A stretch of DNA of 64,000 nucleotides from Podarcis filfolensis (Eukaryota). Position 1 is the first letter of the stretch. Each line of letters starts with the position of its first letter. Positions 1 through 11,593 of this stretch are shown in pieces. The stretch lies in the NCBI GenBank assembly GCA_964270895.1, contig OZ185450.1. The stretch is one strand, 5' to 3'. The notes beneath the pieces were generated by a model. That model saw only the letters and a program-made list of their open reading frames with translations, did no database searches and had not been told where the DNA came from. Made by a program: the position numbers and the translations under genes.

Positions 1-1204
1 CATTCTAATTGCTTATGTCTCACAGTATGGATGCTATAACATGCTCAGCCCTGACCTCACCAAACTATGCAACTGAGCTGGTCTATTTCAGATGTGTTTA
101 GTTTTATGATTTCAAAAATTGAATTTAATAATTGATCTTATTTGGGGATTTACCATGTGTGCGGGAGATACAATAAATTATCATGCAGTCCAGAATAATG
201 GTACAAGTTCAGTCACTTAAGAAATTAGCCTGTTAAAAGCCAACAAGCAGAGCGCAAATGCCCCTATGCCTGCTAGCGACCACTCAGCCGCTCTGATTTA
301 TAGTTCTGTTAGCTCTAGCCAATCATGCCAAGATGAAAACAGAAGGGTTATCAAATCCCTGTAATTAATACAGGAAAACACAATCTAGACTGAAGCACTT
401 TTTGGAATTATATTATCACTATCTAAATGTTTCCATTTATTTTTTATTTTTTCCCCTCCTTTTAATCTTGGAAGAGAGATGAAAAATGCCTCCGGAGCAG
501 CAATTTGGTAATTTCACTCAAAAATCACCATTCACCTGTGTAGCATGGTTGACAGCTAATTTAATGCTCCCCAGATAAAATAAATTACTATTACTTTGTG
601 TTTAAGGGAGAGTCTAGCATCTTGCATACACATTAAAGGAAGGAGTAGGTGAACAATTAAAAGTAGTATTTGCATGTTACAGAGACAGACTAATAAAAGG
701 AATGCGGGTGAGATTCCATAAATCCGCATTTCATGGCCAAGATACTGGTAATGATAGCTAAGCTACCTCTTCTGGCTCAATTCGGACTCCTGGCTTAACT
801 CTCCTTTTTCCCCCTTGGCATCTCTAGCTGCCAATCTGCCCATGAGAACTTCTCGGTCCACAATTATGGTGATTAGAAATGAAACTCCATCTCAAGCAAG
901 AATAAAAGGTGAGGAAAGCTGAGTAAACAAGATACAGAACTCAGGAGGTGCCAGGCCAGATCTGCTATTTTGCACTTGGGCTTACTTCAGTGATTTCATC
1001 CCCGCTTGCCTAGCAACCACATGTAGTAAATAACTGCTTTTTTAAAAGAACTACAAAGCAGATGCCACATTTGTGAGACTCAACCAATGTTAAGCGAGAG
1101 AAAAGGACAGAAGTAACACCAAATGGCATACTAGAACTGGAATGCCCCAGCCAAGCTGGAGGATAATAAGCAGTTGTTTAATTCCACATCCTCCACGGGA
1201 GAAT

Positions 1205-1540
1205 CATTACTATTTTACTGTTTATTAAATTTATATACCACCCATCATCAGAGGATTACAGGGTGGTTTAGAAACACAAAAACACATAACTTAATAACAA
1301 ACAAAACAATGACACCCACCAACGCACACAGTTTAAAAGGCCATATACTGTTAAACTAGCCAAAGATTTGGGAGAAGAGGAATGTTTTTATATGGCACCT
1401 AAATATATGTAATGAAGGCCCCAGGCAAGACTCGCTTGGGGGGGGCATTCTGCAAATGGAGAGCCACCACTAAAAAGGTCTGTTCTTGTGTTGCCACACT
1501 CCAAACCTCTGGTGGAGGGGGCACGAGAAGAAAGACATTT
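1205..1540 (-). mobile_element. L2 LINE 3' fragment
   Basis: Matches recalled squamate L2 3' motifs (gggagaagaggaatgtttt...gtaatgaaggc...ggagccaccac...aaaaggtctgttcttgtgttgccac) with tail tttattaaatttatatacc. Confidence 0.65.
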
Positions 1541-1595
1541 TAAGGGGGGGGGGACCTCTTCATTCCTAAGCCTTATTTTTGCTCTCCTCAGCAGA

Positions 1596-1960
1596 AAAAG
1601 GTAAAGGTAAAGGACCCCTGACAGTTAAGTCCAGTCGCAGACGACTCTGGGGTTGCAGCGCTCATCTCGCTTTACAGGCCGAGGGAGCTGGCGTTTGTCT
1701 GCAGACAGTTTTTCTGGGTCATGTGGCCAGCATGACTAAGCCGCTTCTGGTACAACGGGACACCGAAACCAGAGCAGCACACAGAAATGCTGTTTACCTT
1801 CCCGCCGGAGCAGTAACTATTTATCTACTTGCACTTTTTGGCTGCTTTCGAACTGCTAGGTTGGCTGCGGCTGGGACAGAGCAACAGGAGCTCACCCAGT
1901 CGCGGGGATTCGAACCACCGACCTTCTGATCGGCAAACCCAAGAGGCTCAGTGGTTTAGA
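1596..1960 (-). mobile_element. Sauria SINE, nearly full length, missing the extreme 5' head
   Basis: (CCTTTA)n tail (aaaggtaaaggtaaagg on +), body ggtcatgtggccagcatgactaagccgcttctgg, and a tRNA-derived head with B-box GGTTCGAATCC on the minus strand. Confidence 0.9.
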
Positions 1961-2620
1961 TACCTTTAAAATATTTTCTCATTGTCCTACACACCTGAAA
2001 GCTAAACAGGTCTGTTCCTGTGAGCTGTCTGGATGGGCAGACATTTTAGCATGGCCACATACAATTCAAAGCCACCTCCTTTCTGTTGTTTCCAACTCCT
2101 GTACAAAATTAGCATGCCACAAGCCAAGGGTAGTTGTTTGTTCTGCTGTGTTTTGTCCTAGGTCCCGCTGCAAACAAGCATCTCTCCTTTCTAATGACTC
2201 AGTGGGATGCACCAGATGCTGACAGATAGTTTGAAGAACTCTAGTGGCTACCTGTAATATGCCTTTTTTTCCTGACCTCTGCATAGTAAGCAGCTAGGAG
2301 GCTGAATCGAAATAGCAAGTATGTATTTCAAATTGTAATTCATGGCTGGGAGAGGCCTACACAGGAAGTGTAATTTGTCATATTCTCTTCCCAGTTTGAT
2401 GCTTTTAAGCATGTGCACAGCAAGGTGGTATTGCGCTGCCATTCCAGGTAAAAACCCAAATATTACCACAGTTCTACAATGGACACATATCGCTGTGAAG
2501 TGGCTTTTTTTTTTTTCATCCACTGAAAAGCCACACTTCAACAATAACCACATCATTTCTCCCTTTGGTACTGACACACAAGAAGCATTAGGAAACATGC
2601 CAATAACCAAAATCGTTCTC

Positions 2621-2739
2621 TCAGTAGCTCTGTTCAAAGCAAGGGTCTCGCAGGTGCTGCCGAACAGCACAGCTTTCTGGATTTGGTCCCAAAGGGAGCT
2701 CCAGCTCAATCAGGCTGCTCAGCTTATCATCCAGCATGA
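2621..2739 (-). CDS. Putative last coding exon of an unidentified minus-strand gene: (V)MLDDKLSSLIELELPLGPNPESCAVRQHLRDPCFEQSY*
   Basis: Acceptor ...gtgatttag| at 2741-2740; 119 nt = 2 + 39 codons ending in TGA (2623-2621). Phase-1 start matches the phase-1 end of exon 6812-6911. Composition is protein-like. The acceptor pyrimidine tract is modest. Confidence 0.65.
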
Positions 2740-4104
2740 CTAAATCACTCCAAGGGCAAACCCTTCAGAATTACATGGACAACACTTTCACCGCTTTATA
2801 GAAAATGGCACATCATAAACCAAGGTAAATCCAAACTGGGGAAAGGTGTGGGAGAGAGATGCTTAAAAAAAAAAAAGCTACACAAACAAGATCAGGCATT
2901 TCAGGTTTCAAGCAATTCCTCACAGACAGAGAATATTACAAAACCCTCATAGTTGAAAATGGAGGCTAGAAAAAGCTTTGTGTACAAGCCATCTCCTCAG
3001 GTGCTGCTAACTCTTGCTTTTAACACAAATTCTCAGTGCAGCTATTTCCTTAAAAGCCAGAGCCACACTCGTTTCGAATCATAGCTGTCTCTCCTTTTCC
3101 AACAACACTCCCATTACATACAGAAGTTTGTAGACTTCTGGGGGGGGGGGAGTCTTTTAAAAAATAAGCCCCACTTAAGAAACCTAGCAAGCAAATCTGG
3201 CAAAGCCAATCTATCAAAGCCTTCTTTTCAACTAGGTGCTGGAGAAAATAAGGGATTACACTTCTCCTCCTATAATGCAAGAATATTTCCCCAATTAAAT
3301 TGAGAAAACACCAACATTTATTTTTACTTGTGCAGTCTTAAGAAAGCCAGACTATTTACCATAATGCACATCCGTGTGCTACACATACATGAAAAACTAG
3401 TTCTGGTACTACCCACAGAAGCCTCCAACCAAAAGTTTATCAACCAAGTCAAAAACAGACTTCCCAAGCCACCACAAGTTTAGCTCCAATTTATTTTATT
3501 TTTAAATAGAAGTGAATAGGATGGAGTAAGGGGAGGGAGGGAAGCAGCGTGAAACTATAGCATTCGAAGAATATAAATATTTAAAAACATACAAGAGAAT
3601 AGTGTTAGAAATTCCACCAGGTATATAAGCTCTGCACCAAATGATATCTTAAACCTAGGTCGCGGTTGCCACAATGGAAAGTTCTATTCCCCAGGAGGCT
3701 GGACTACAGTTCTAAGATTCTATGACTCCATGATCTCAACTACATTCCCTGACTGGAGCTTGCTCTACAACAATTCACTTGTCCCAGTATGGAAGAAGGA
3801 GAAATACAACGGAAATGGAAGCATGACTAAGGCAGGTTTTTGAACTGCGAGTTCCATTCGGGTGGCCTGAGGAAAGGCTGCAGCATAGTCAAATAGATCT
3901 GTACTCAGTGATGATGGATGGACTGAAGTCAAATCACCTGGCTCGATGGAGATTTCAGCCGCCAACCTAGAACCCAGAAATCTCCAGTAGCAAAATATGC
4001 CTGGCACCTGGGGAATTTCGAACACTACAAGAGAACTATCCCATAATAACAAAGTCTTGGCCCCAGGCACTGTCAACCTGAGACAGGCTCAATCAATGTA
4101 CACT

Positions 4105-4230
4105 TAATGCAATGATGAGGTCGCTATGGCCCTTCAGCTGTTGGTGGACTGCAACTCCCCACATTCCTGGTCACTGGTTATGCTGACTAGGGCTCATGGG
4201 AGATGGAGGGCACCACATTGGCTACCTCTG
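4105..4230. mobile_element. Degenerate short palindromic hAT-type MITE (ggactacaactccc family)
   Basis: ggactgcaactcccc...tggtcactggttatgctgactagggctcatggga motif; related copies at about 3690-3760, 45850-45900, 58485-58590, 59090-59170 and 61480-61590. Confidence 0.5.
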
Positions 4231-5298
4231 ACATAATGGAAAGTTGTGGTGAATGGGCTGCTGCTTGACCTAAGAAAGTTGGGCTTTCTTGTGCAACGGG
4301 GATGCCAGGAGGAAGCTCTGCCTCTTCTAGCACTGCACAGAAGCCATAAATACTAGCAAACTGCCTCAAAACTAGGGCACACAACATACATAATTACAAC
4401 ATGTCCATTTGTTCCGGTTATCACTTCTTCTCTGTGCTCTGAACATACCGACACACAATTGGGGTGGGGAACCCAATTAAAATCAAAATAAAGTCATTTG
4501 TGAAGTAGTCCCTTGTTGCAGCATTTTGCCACTTCAAAGAATTCCTGATTGACGCCCCCTCCCCCCAATTTGGAAGGGTGAATGCATACACAGACTAGTC
4601 CAAGGTGGCTCAGAGGACAGGCCAGCAAGCCTTTTATGTCTTTCCCCCATGTACTTTGGGCAAGCGGGTGAGGGAATTCTCTACCCTGGAAGTACTCAAT
4701 TATTTTAATAGGATTACATTTTAGACTGACTGTTTAAAACAGTCCCCTGAATTCATTAGCCTGCTAGCACTCGAGATCATTCATTTCAATGCAAACATAT
4801 TTACATTTAAGTAAGCGCCTGGCAGCAAGTCAATTCCTTCTCCCACCTCCAGATTCATAGAGAGGTTCTTAGATACGACCCTACATATCAAACAGAAGGT
4901 TGTGGAATGACTGGTAAAGTCTACAGGAGGGGATTTAAACATCTAACCTTTCCTACAATTTTTCATTGAATAACCTTTAATAAAAAAGGCACTCAAATAC
5001 AGATGCTAGTTGGAAAGATGAAAAGTTCATAACCGAAGAGATAATATTCTTTGCTTAATCATTCAGTGTTAACTATGCGGGCACTGAAAAAGATCTGAAT
5101 ACATTCTACCATTCAAGACCAGGAGATTGGGGAGCCATTTTGCAATTGCTCTTCAAAGGCATCTCTTCACAGATCAGCGGGGTGCATTTTGTATATGGGG
5201 GAACCGTTGCATGAAGCACCGCAAGCATAAACATATGGCTATTCAGTGCAATGAGTATTGGAGAAGTATTGGAGCATGCTGGGCTTTAAGTACATGGA

Positions 5299-5566
5299 TA
5301 GGGCTGGGTGATATATTGATATATCGTCCAACACTTGTTTGAAGTCTATATCATGATAACAGTTTCATAATTTTTGAGCTGAAAATATATCACGAAATAT
5401 GATGCTTGTGTGCTATGCAAAAGTCACAGCGTGGGAAAAACTGTGAAGCCAGCCAGTGCCTCTACACAGCTCCATCCTTATTACGGACACTGTGACATAA
5501 CAGTATATCACAATGTTTAGCTGGTGATATATCACAATGTTGAAGAACAGGTATCGCCCAGCCCTA
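5299..5566. mobile_element. Non-autonomous hAT DNA transposon (MITE)
   Basis: TIRs TAGGGCTGGGTGATA / TATCGCCCAGCCCTA; 8-bp TSD tacatgga (5291-5298) / tacatggg (5567-5574). Confidence 0.85.
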
Positions 5567-6161
5567 TACATGGGAAAGTCAGAAGGGTACATGGCCAGCT
5601 CAAAATATGCTTGGGTTGGAGCGAAAGGAAGCTGCAACTTAGCCATGCATCATATTTTCTTTTCTTCTCTCTTTTTTTAAGAGCAAGAGAATTGACCCAA
5701 GACACATGTGGTCACACTTTATGGTTCCTTCTCTTCTTCTAGGTCATTTCTTTTAAAAAATAAATAAATATTTGATGAGAGACTGTGCTATTCTCAAACT
5801 CTCCAAAAAAATATAAAAAATCAATTTCACCACTTTAAACAAAGAACCAGCTCTACTGGGACTATACCTACATTATTAAGATGTATAGCAACAACAACAA
5901 AAGCCTCAAACAAAACGTTTATTTACATTAAGTGACACTCCCCTGCCCTTTCCCGAAAAGCCGAGGCTAAAAGGCTAGGCCAAACAAACAGGTTTTATGA
6001 AAGACACCTGTCTTGAAAAAAACTGCAGTGAGAGGGAGCTCACAACTGGGGGCTACCTATCAAGTATGAGCCAGTAGAGTGGCTATATTATAATTTATCA
6101 GTCCCAGATTTAAAATCCTCAATCATAAAGCTCACTTGGTACCTTGGGTGAGCTACTCTTA

Positions 6162-6193
6162 TTTGTTTGTTTGTTTGTTTGTTTGTTTGTTTG
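6162..6193. repeat. (TTTG)n microsatellite
   Basis: Read directly; 8 units. Confidence 0.95.
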
Positions 6194-6619
6194 ATAAATA
6201 TGCCGCTTTATATTTTAAAGAAAAATCTCAAACATCAATAAAACAATCTGAAGAAAGTCAAATATAAAATACACAGTCAAAGCAACATAATTAGCTAAAT
6301 TAAGAAAAATACTAAAATATTATCCCAAATATTTAAAAATAATACTTTACAAAGGAGGTCAACTACAGAATACACACTCTACAAACAAAGTAAAAAATCC
6401 TAAACATTTAAAAAACAAAACAAACCATTGCTAAGTGAAGTCAAATATAAAATGCACATTTAAAGCAGCATAACAAACAAGAGAATAAAGCAGCATCATA
6501 AGCATGACACAGCTGTTGGGCAGGCACAAAAAGATAGGGCAAAAGAACCCAATAGTTAGGGTTTGTTGTCAGGTGATGTCCTTTTGGTCTCCCCTGGCGC
6601 CTCTTTAGTAGAGCTGGTG

Positions 6620-6740
6620 AGTCCCTTGCATGGAGCGGCCTTCACGCCTCACAGCCAGGCATAAACTACCCTGCAAGGGTGTTGTGAGGATAAAGGAGAG
6701 ATAATATGACCACCCTGAGGTCTTGGTAGGAAAGACAGGT
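6620..6740 (+). mobile_element. Degenerate MIR/CORE-like SINE 3' part
   Basis: ctaccctgcaagggtgttgtgaggataaa...tgaggtcttggtaggaaagacagg resembles the CORE-SINE 3' region; related remnants at about 6100-6160, 38700-38880 (-) and 48300-48375. Confidence 0.45.
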
Positions 6741-6811
6741 TTGCAAATCCAAAAAAAACCAAAGAATTATTTGAGATCACGACAAAGGGGAAAACAGCAC
6801 CTGAACCTCAC

Positions 6812-6911
6812 CTTCAGAACCATGGTTGGAGACAGATGCTTGGTTGTCTTTTTCCCAATTGACTGGTGTTTCATTCACACCTTTCCTTCCAGTGCAAGAA
6901 ATTAAAAGGGG
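6812..6911 (-). CDS. Putative internal exon (100 nt): PLLISCTGRKGVNETPVNWEKDNQASVSNHGSE
   Basis: Acceptor atctctctccccag|, donor GAAG|gtgagg. Open in phase 0 to 1, matching both neighbouring exons. Confidence 0.7.
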
Positions 6912-7795
6912 CTGGGGAGAGAGATTGATTTTTAACATAGCCCCAGAAGTCAGGCCAAGTGATGTGTCTGTGTAGAGGGCTGGTAGATCAAAGTTGGATT
7001 GTTTAAATCAGCAGTAATTTAAACCACAATGTCCAAAGTAACGGCTTTTTTAAAAAATGCATTTATTTAGTAAAATTTCTATGCCACCTTTTAATACAAG
7101 ACTCCTGGGGCAGGATGCAATTTAAAATAGTAAAACAGATCAATAAAGCTCAGTATAAAATCAATACTGAATAGCTTACACAGAATTAAGGGAAGATCAT
7201 TTATACATATAACTTATACAACATTAGACCTCAAATCAGCCTGTCTGCCTGAAAATAGTAGCCAATTATTCTACATTCGAGGCTGTGTTAGAGTTAGGAC
7301 TTAATTCTTTTTCCAAGTATCACATATAGATTTCAGGAGATTAATGCTTTAGCAGAGTCTAAGAATTTGATTTCTTTCTTGATTTTGATTGGCATATTTT
7401 AAAATGGAGGTGAAAGCATAAATCTATACTGAAAATAACGATTATAAAACATGTTTGTTTCTGTGCCTTCTACAATTCTATATTCTCTGAAACCATGTTC
7501 AACATATACTGTTTTCTTGTCAACCTACACACATTCAAGCACAATACTTCAAATTGTATTCCCCCTCCCCACAAAAAAGGAAAAAGAAAAATGGTTTGCC
7601 TATACCTAAGAAGGAAACCAGCTCCTAAATTGCCAGAATTAGGCTAGTTGTGAGTTGGACCCGATATGTGTTATCAGTCAAGTATTTAAAAGGATTTCAC
7701 AAGCATGGGTGGAAAATGAGAGGCAGGTTGATCGGAATCTGTATTCAGGCTGTTGTTGTTTTTAATCCCCACATAAAATGGCTGTGAGGAAACTA

Positions 7796-7990
7796 CAGTG
7801 GTACCTTGGGTTACAGACGCTTCAGGTTACAGACTCCGCTAACCCAGAAACAGTAACTCAGGTTAAGAACTTTGCTTCAGGATGAGAACAGAAATCGCGC
7901 GGCAGCGGGAGGCCCCATTAGCTAAAGTGGTACCTCAGGTTAAGAACGGACCTCCAGGACGAATTAAGTTCTTAACCCGAGGTACCACTG
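7796..7990. mobile_element. Tc1/mariner (Tigger/pogo-like) MITE, copy A1
   Basis: TIR CAGTGGTACCT...GGTACCACTG with TA on both sides. Confidence 0.85.
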
Positions 7991-8039
7991 TACAATGTGG
8001 TGTTTGTGCGTGTGTTTTAAGCCCCTTTACACCACCACT

Positions 8040-8720
8040 CCTCATACAGATGGACTACAAACTATTGGGAATATATCCAATAGGTATACAACACATCTAG
8101 TCACTATGCTCTACCACTCTTTACTGACATGGCTTCACAGTATGCCAACACCTTTGTGGCCTACTTAGTACAACACTTTCTCAGCTCCTGTACCACAATG
8201 CCTCTCCTCCATCTAAGGTACATTGGTATCTTTATCATCTGGACTCATGGACAGGAGATATCTGAGAAGTTCCACCAGGACTTTGAAAAATTTCCACTCC
8301 ACCGATCTAAACCTAGACCAGCCCATGCAATGCATTCACTTTCTGTTCATGACTGTTAAACTGTGTAACATACATGTAAGCACCACCTTATACAGGAAAC
8401 CAATGGACCACTGCACGTTCTTACATTCTTCTAGCTTCCACACAGAACACACTACCAAATGCTCTGTCTACAGTCAAGCCCTACAATACAACCACATCTT
8501 AGATGGACTCGCAACTTTCCTCAAACTACAACACCCACCCAATGGACTCAGAGACCAGTTCCTGCAGCAGAACAAGATGCCAATGTCTACTACTCTATTA
8601 CAAAACCTAACAATGTCATCTACAACATCAGGGTTTCATACACCTGTTCATTTTCCAATATGACACATGCCTCAAAGAGTTACTTGCCTAGTAACTTTAT
8701 GTTAGCCAGTTTACAACAGC
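8040..8720 (+). mobile_element. Decayed Penelope-like retroelement, RT C-terminal region
   Basis: Frameshifted motifs MASQYANTF..., LRYI(D)IFIIWTHG, IHFL...TTLYRKP.D...LH.SSFH..HT..S.VYSQAL.YN, typical of the Penelope/Poseidon RT thumb. Confidence 0.85.
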
Positions 8721-11564
8721 TTCCCCTGCTGACCACCTGAAAGCTATTCTTATACCTAGTTGATTTGTTATTTACAAGTCTGGATTCAGATGTGTTTTCT
8801 CTTTGGGGGGAGGCAGGGGAATAAATTATATAGAACTAAAAGGACCAAAAACTAAAACCTTGACCATCGCCCACCTTCATGCTGACTACCCCACAAACCA
8901 ATAGCATTCCTGCTATCAATTCCTGAGGGTTTTCAAAGAAGGAAGTACTACAAACTCCTGGGACACATGTTTGATTGCTGCACTATGTTCTAGACTTCCC
9001 CTGATGACTTGACTTCCTCTATAATTAAATACATGCTCCATATTCTAAATCTGTTAGGGACTTCCAGTGCATTCTTTGGGCTCTGATGTTCTAGAACTAA
9101 GAGGACATTTCCCTGAAAAGGAAGTCAAAACAAGGGCATTTGGCAATTTGGGGAAATTACCCTGGGGGCCTTTATTTAGAACTCAGCTCTACAGCAACTC
9201 CACTTGACTACTTTTTGTGAAAAAGGTTTCAAGATACAATCATGACACACAATGAAGAACCTTCCAAATGCCTCATTTATTCTGGTTAAGAGGCGATTCA
9301 GTGCTCCTTTGTGTCAAAGTAAGAGGGCCACTGGGAGAGATAGAAACGCATACTGGTATTATCATGCTGGCCTGTGACCAAAAAGGTAATTAAAACCTTC
9401 CCCTGAACAGGTGGGCACCAGAAAACCCCACTATTATTGTCTGTGACTGCCAAGCTAATGCCTTTCAACATTCTACTTGTCATAGCAAGTCTGACGGATT
9501 GGAAAGCCTATTTCTATTCTTTGACATTTGGCCCATAACAGAATTACTATTGATCTGCAGGGAGCCCCTAATAAAACAACAAGACCTCATTTTAGGATAG
9601 CCAAAATTGTCCACGGAAGACAGTAGGCAGTGACCAGTCTACACTGATTTTGCTATAAAAATGTACTGAGGAGCAGAGAGAATAACTTTTTTATATATAG
9701 TGCAAGACAGAACTGTTTGCTTTACTGGGGTTTAGACAACATTTAGATATGAATTAATGCTAGTTAACCCTGTGGTTAGCATGACAGAAATCAAGCATTA
9801 GAACGGTTGGTACCCTACAAGATTGTGGGATGGGCTGATCTGCAACTAGAGATTTATCACCTACCCCACACCCCTGTGTCTTGTAGCACCTGCTAGCAGC
9901 TTGGCCTTGGCCAACTGATATGCCAACAGTGTTGCATGCAGACAATACACAACATGGTGGCTAGAATATGCATGATGACAGCAACTGTAAGCAGTAGAAA
10001 ATGATGGTCAGCAACTCCTGGCAAACATATTGGAGAAACAGAAAAAGAGAACAGAGGCTCATAGGACCTGAGAGAGCTTGCAATCTGACTGCTGCAGCTG
10101 ATATTTTTTCCCAGCAACCACCCCACCCCTGTGCTCTGAAGAACTTCCAACCTATACTTGGGCATTAAAATATCTTAAACAGAAGCATCAGTATATACAA
10201 GATGCATCCTTCCCAATTTTTTGCTGATTCTGTAAAAGCGACAGAACAAGAATTATTACCTAACAGGATAATGTAGCAGAACTGAAAGAAAAGTACAAAT
10301 TTAATCCGATAAGCATTGTGAGAACTAGACCCTCCTTGAGGCACACTGGCTTAAGTACATGTCACTTGTGATAAAGCAATCTCATTTGCCATTTTTCTTC
10401 AAAAAGAAAACATGCAACATCTTCCACAGCCTCCCATTTGCATTCTTGTCTATTTGCCTGGCAGTACATGGTTGCTGCAAGCTTGAAACAGGGACACTTT
10501 TCAAGTGAAAGCAATGGGCCACATGAAGTAGAGTTTGGGGCAAAAAGGAAGTGTTTTTAAGGTCAGACTAGGCTATTTTCATTTTTGTCTATGAACACTT
10601 TCTCAGAGGTCAATTTCGGGGAAACCAAGAACAGATGCGTACATATTCTAACCCATAAGCAATTTGTGGCATGTGTGGGTGAATCCCAGCTTGCAATTTT
10701 CAAACTAAAATATCATCTAAAGTCCTGCTTTCCCTTTCAATATACTTTGCAATGTTTTGGAAGACGCTAGTTAGAAACATGCAGATTTAAACTGCACCAT
10801 GTTATCTAAAAGCCAAATTAAGTTTTCTTTGTTTGATCTGCCATTCAGATTGGTTATGTTTCACATGAAAAAGTGGGTGGTTCTGCAGTGCAAGGGCAGA
10901 AGGAACAAGAGGAACCTCAAGAGATGTTGCACAGTTAAAAGAGGTAAATTATTCATAGTAATATGTGCTGGAATTGAACTAGAAGTTTCAAAAACAATTT
11001 TTTTCAAGGTAAGATAAGCACAAATTGACCAACTTTTTGAAATGCTTTAGAGATTTATATTCCTCCTCTCATTCCGATGGGTTCATGGGCAGCTTGCAAA
11101 ATGCAAAAATCACACAACAGGAGCGGGGGGGGGGGGGAATAAAAGAAACGCAGTAACCTGATAACTGACACCACATTACACTTTGAGTTTCAAATCACAC
11201 ATTTAGTCTGAACTTCTGCAAGAGTCTGAGAACTGTTTAACCCTCTTATGGCAGAGATTTTAAAGTCCAATGACATGAAGATGCTCAACTTAACCATGTG
11301 GTCTTCATTTCTTTTTTTAAATTTGAGGATAATGTTTCACAGCGAATATGTGGCAAATTAAAAGCAAAACACTGGCCAACCCCCCATGAAAGGCATTCTG
11401 CAAATCATAGTAGCCAATAACTATGAGCAGCTGGACTCTCAGTAACAAAAGGGTCTGCTTTTCCACTTTAGCAAATGAAAGGTAGGTAGGAGGAAGATTT
11501 TAGTAAGGAGCAGTGCTTTTTTTCTGGGGATACTCAACCCAAATGTTAAAAGCCTGGCACTTAC

Positions 11565-11593
11565 TGTAACAACTTCATGGTGAGTACCAGCAC
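11565..11593 (-). CDS. Putative 29-nt internal exon: (G)AGTHHEVVT
   Basis: Acceptor with a long T tract ending ttaaag|, near-consensus donor ACA|gtaagtg. Phase 1 to 0, in frame with flanking exons. Confidence 0.7.

Noticed and set aside
1579-1929. 116-aa plus ORF
   Set aside because: Lies wholly within the antisense Sauria SINE.
2066-2743. ORF-track ORFs of 72, 153 and 133 aa around the last exon
   Set aside because: Alternative frames or strand over the putative terminal exon and UTR. The frame I favour is a different, ATG-independent one defined by splice phase.
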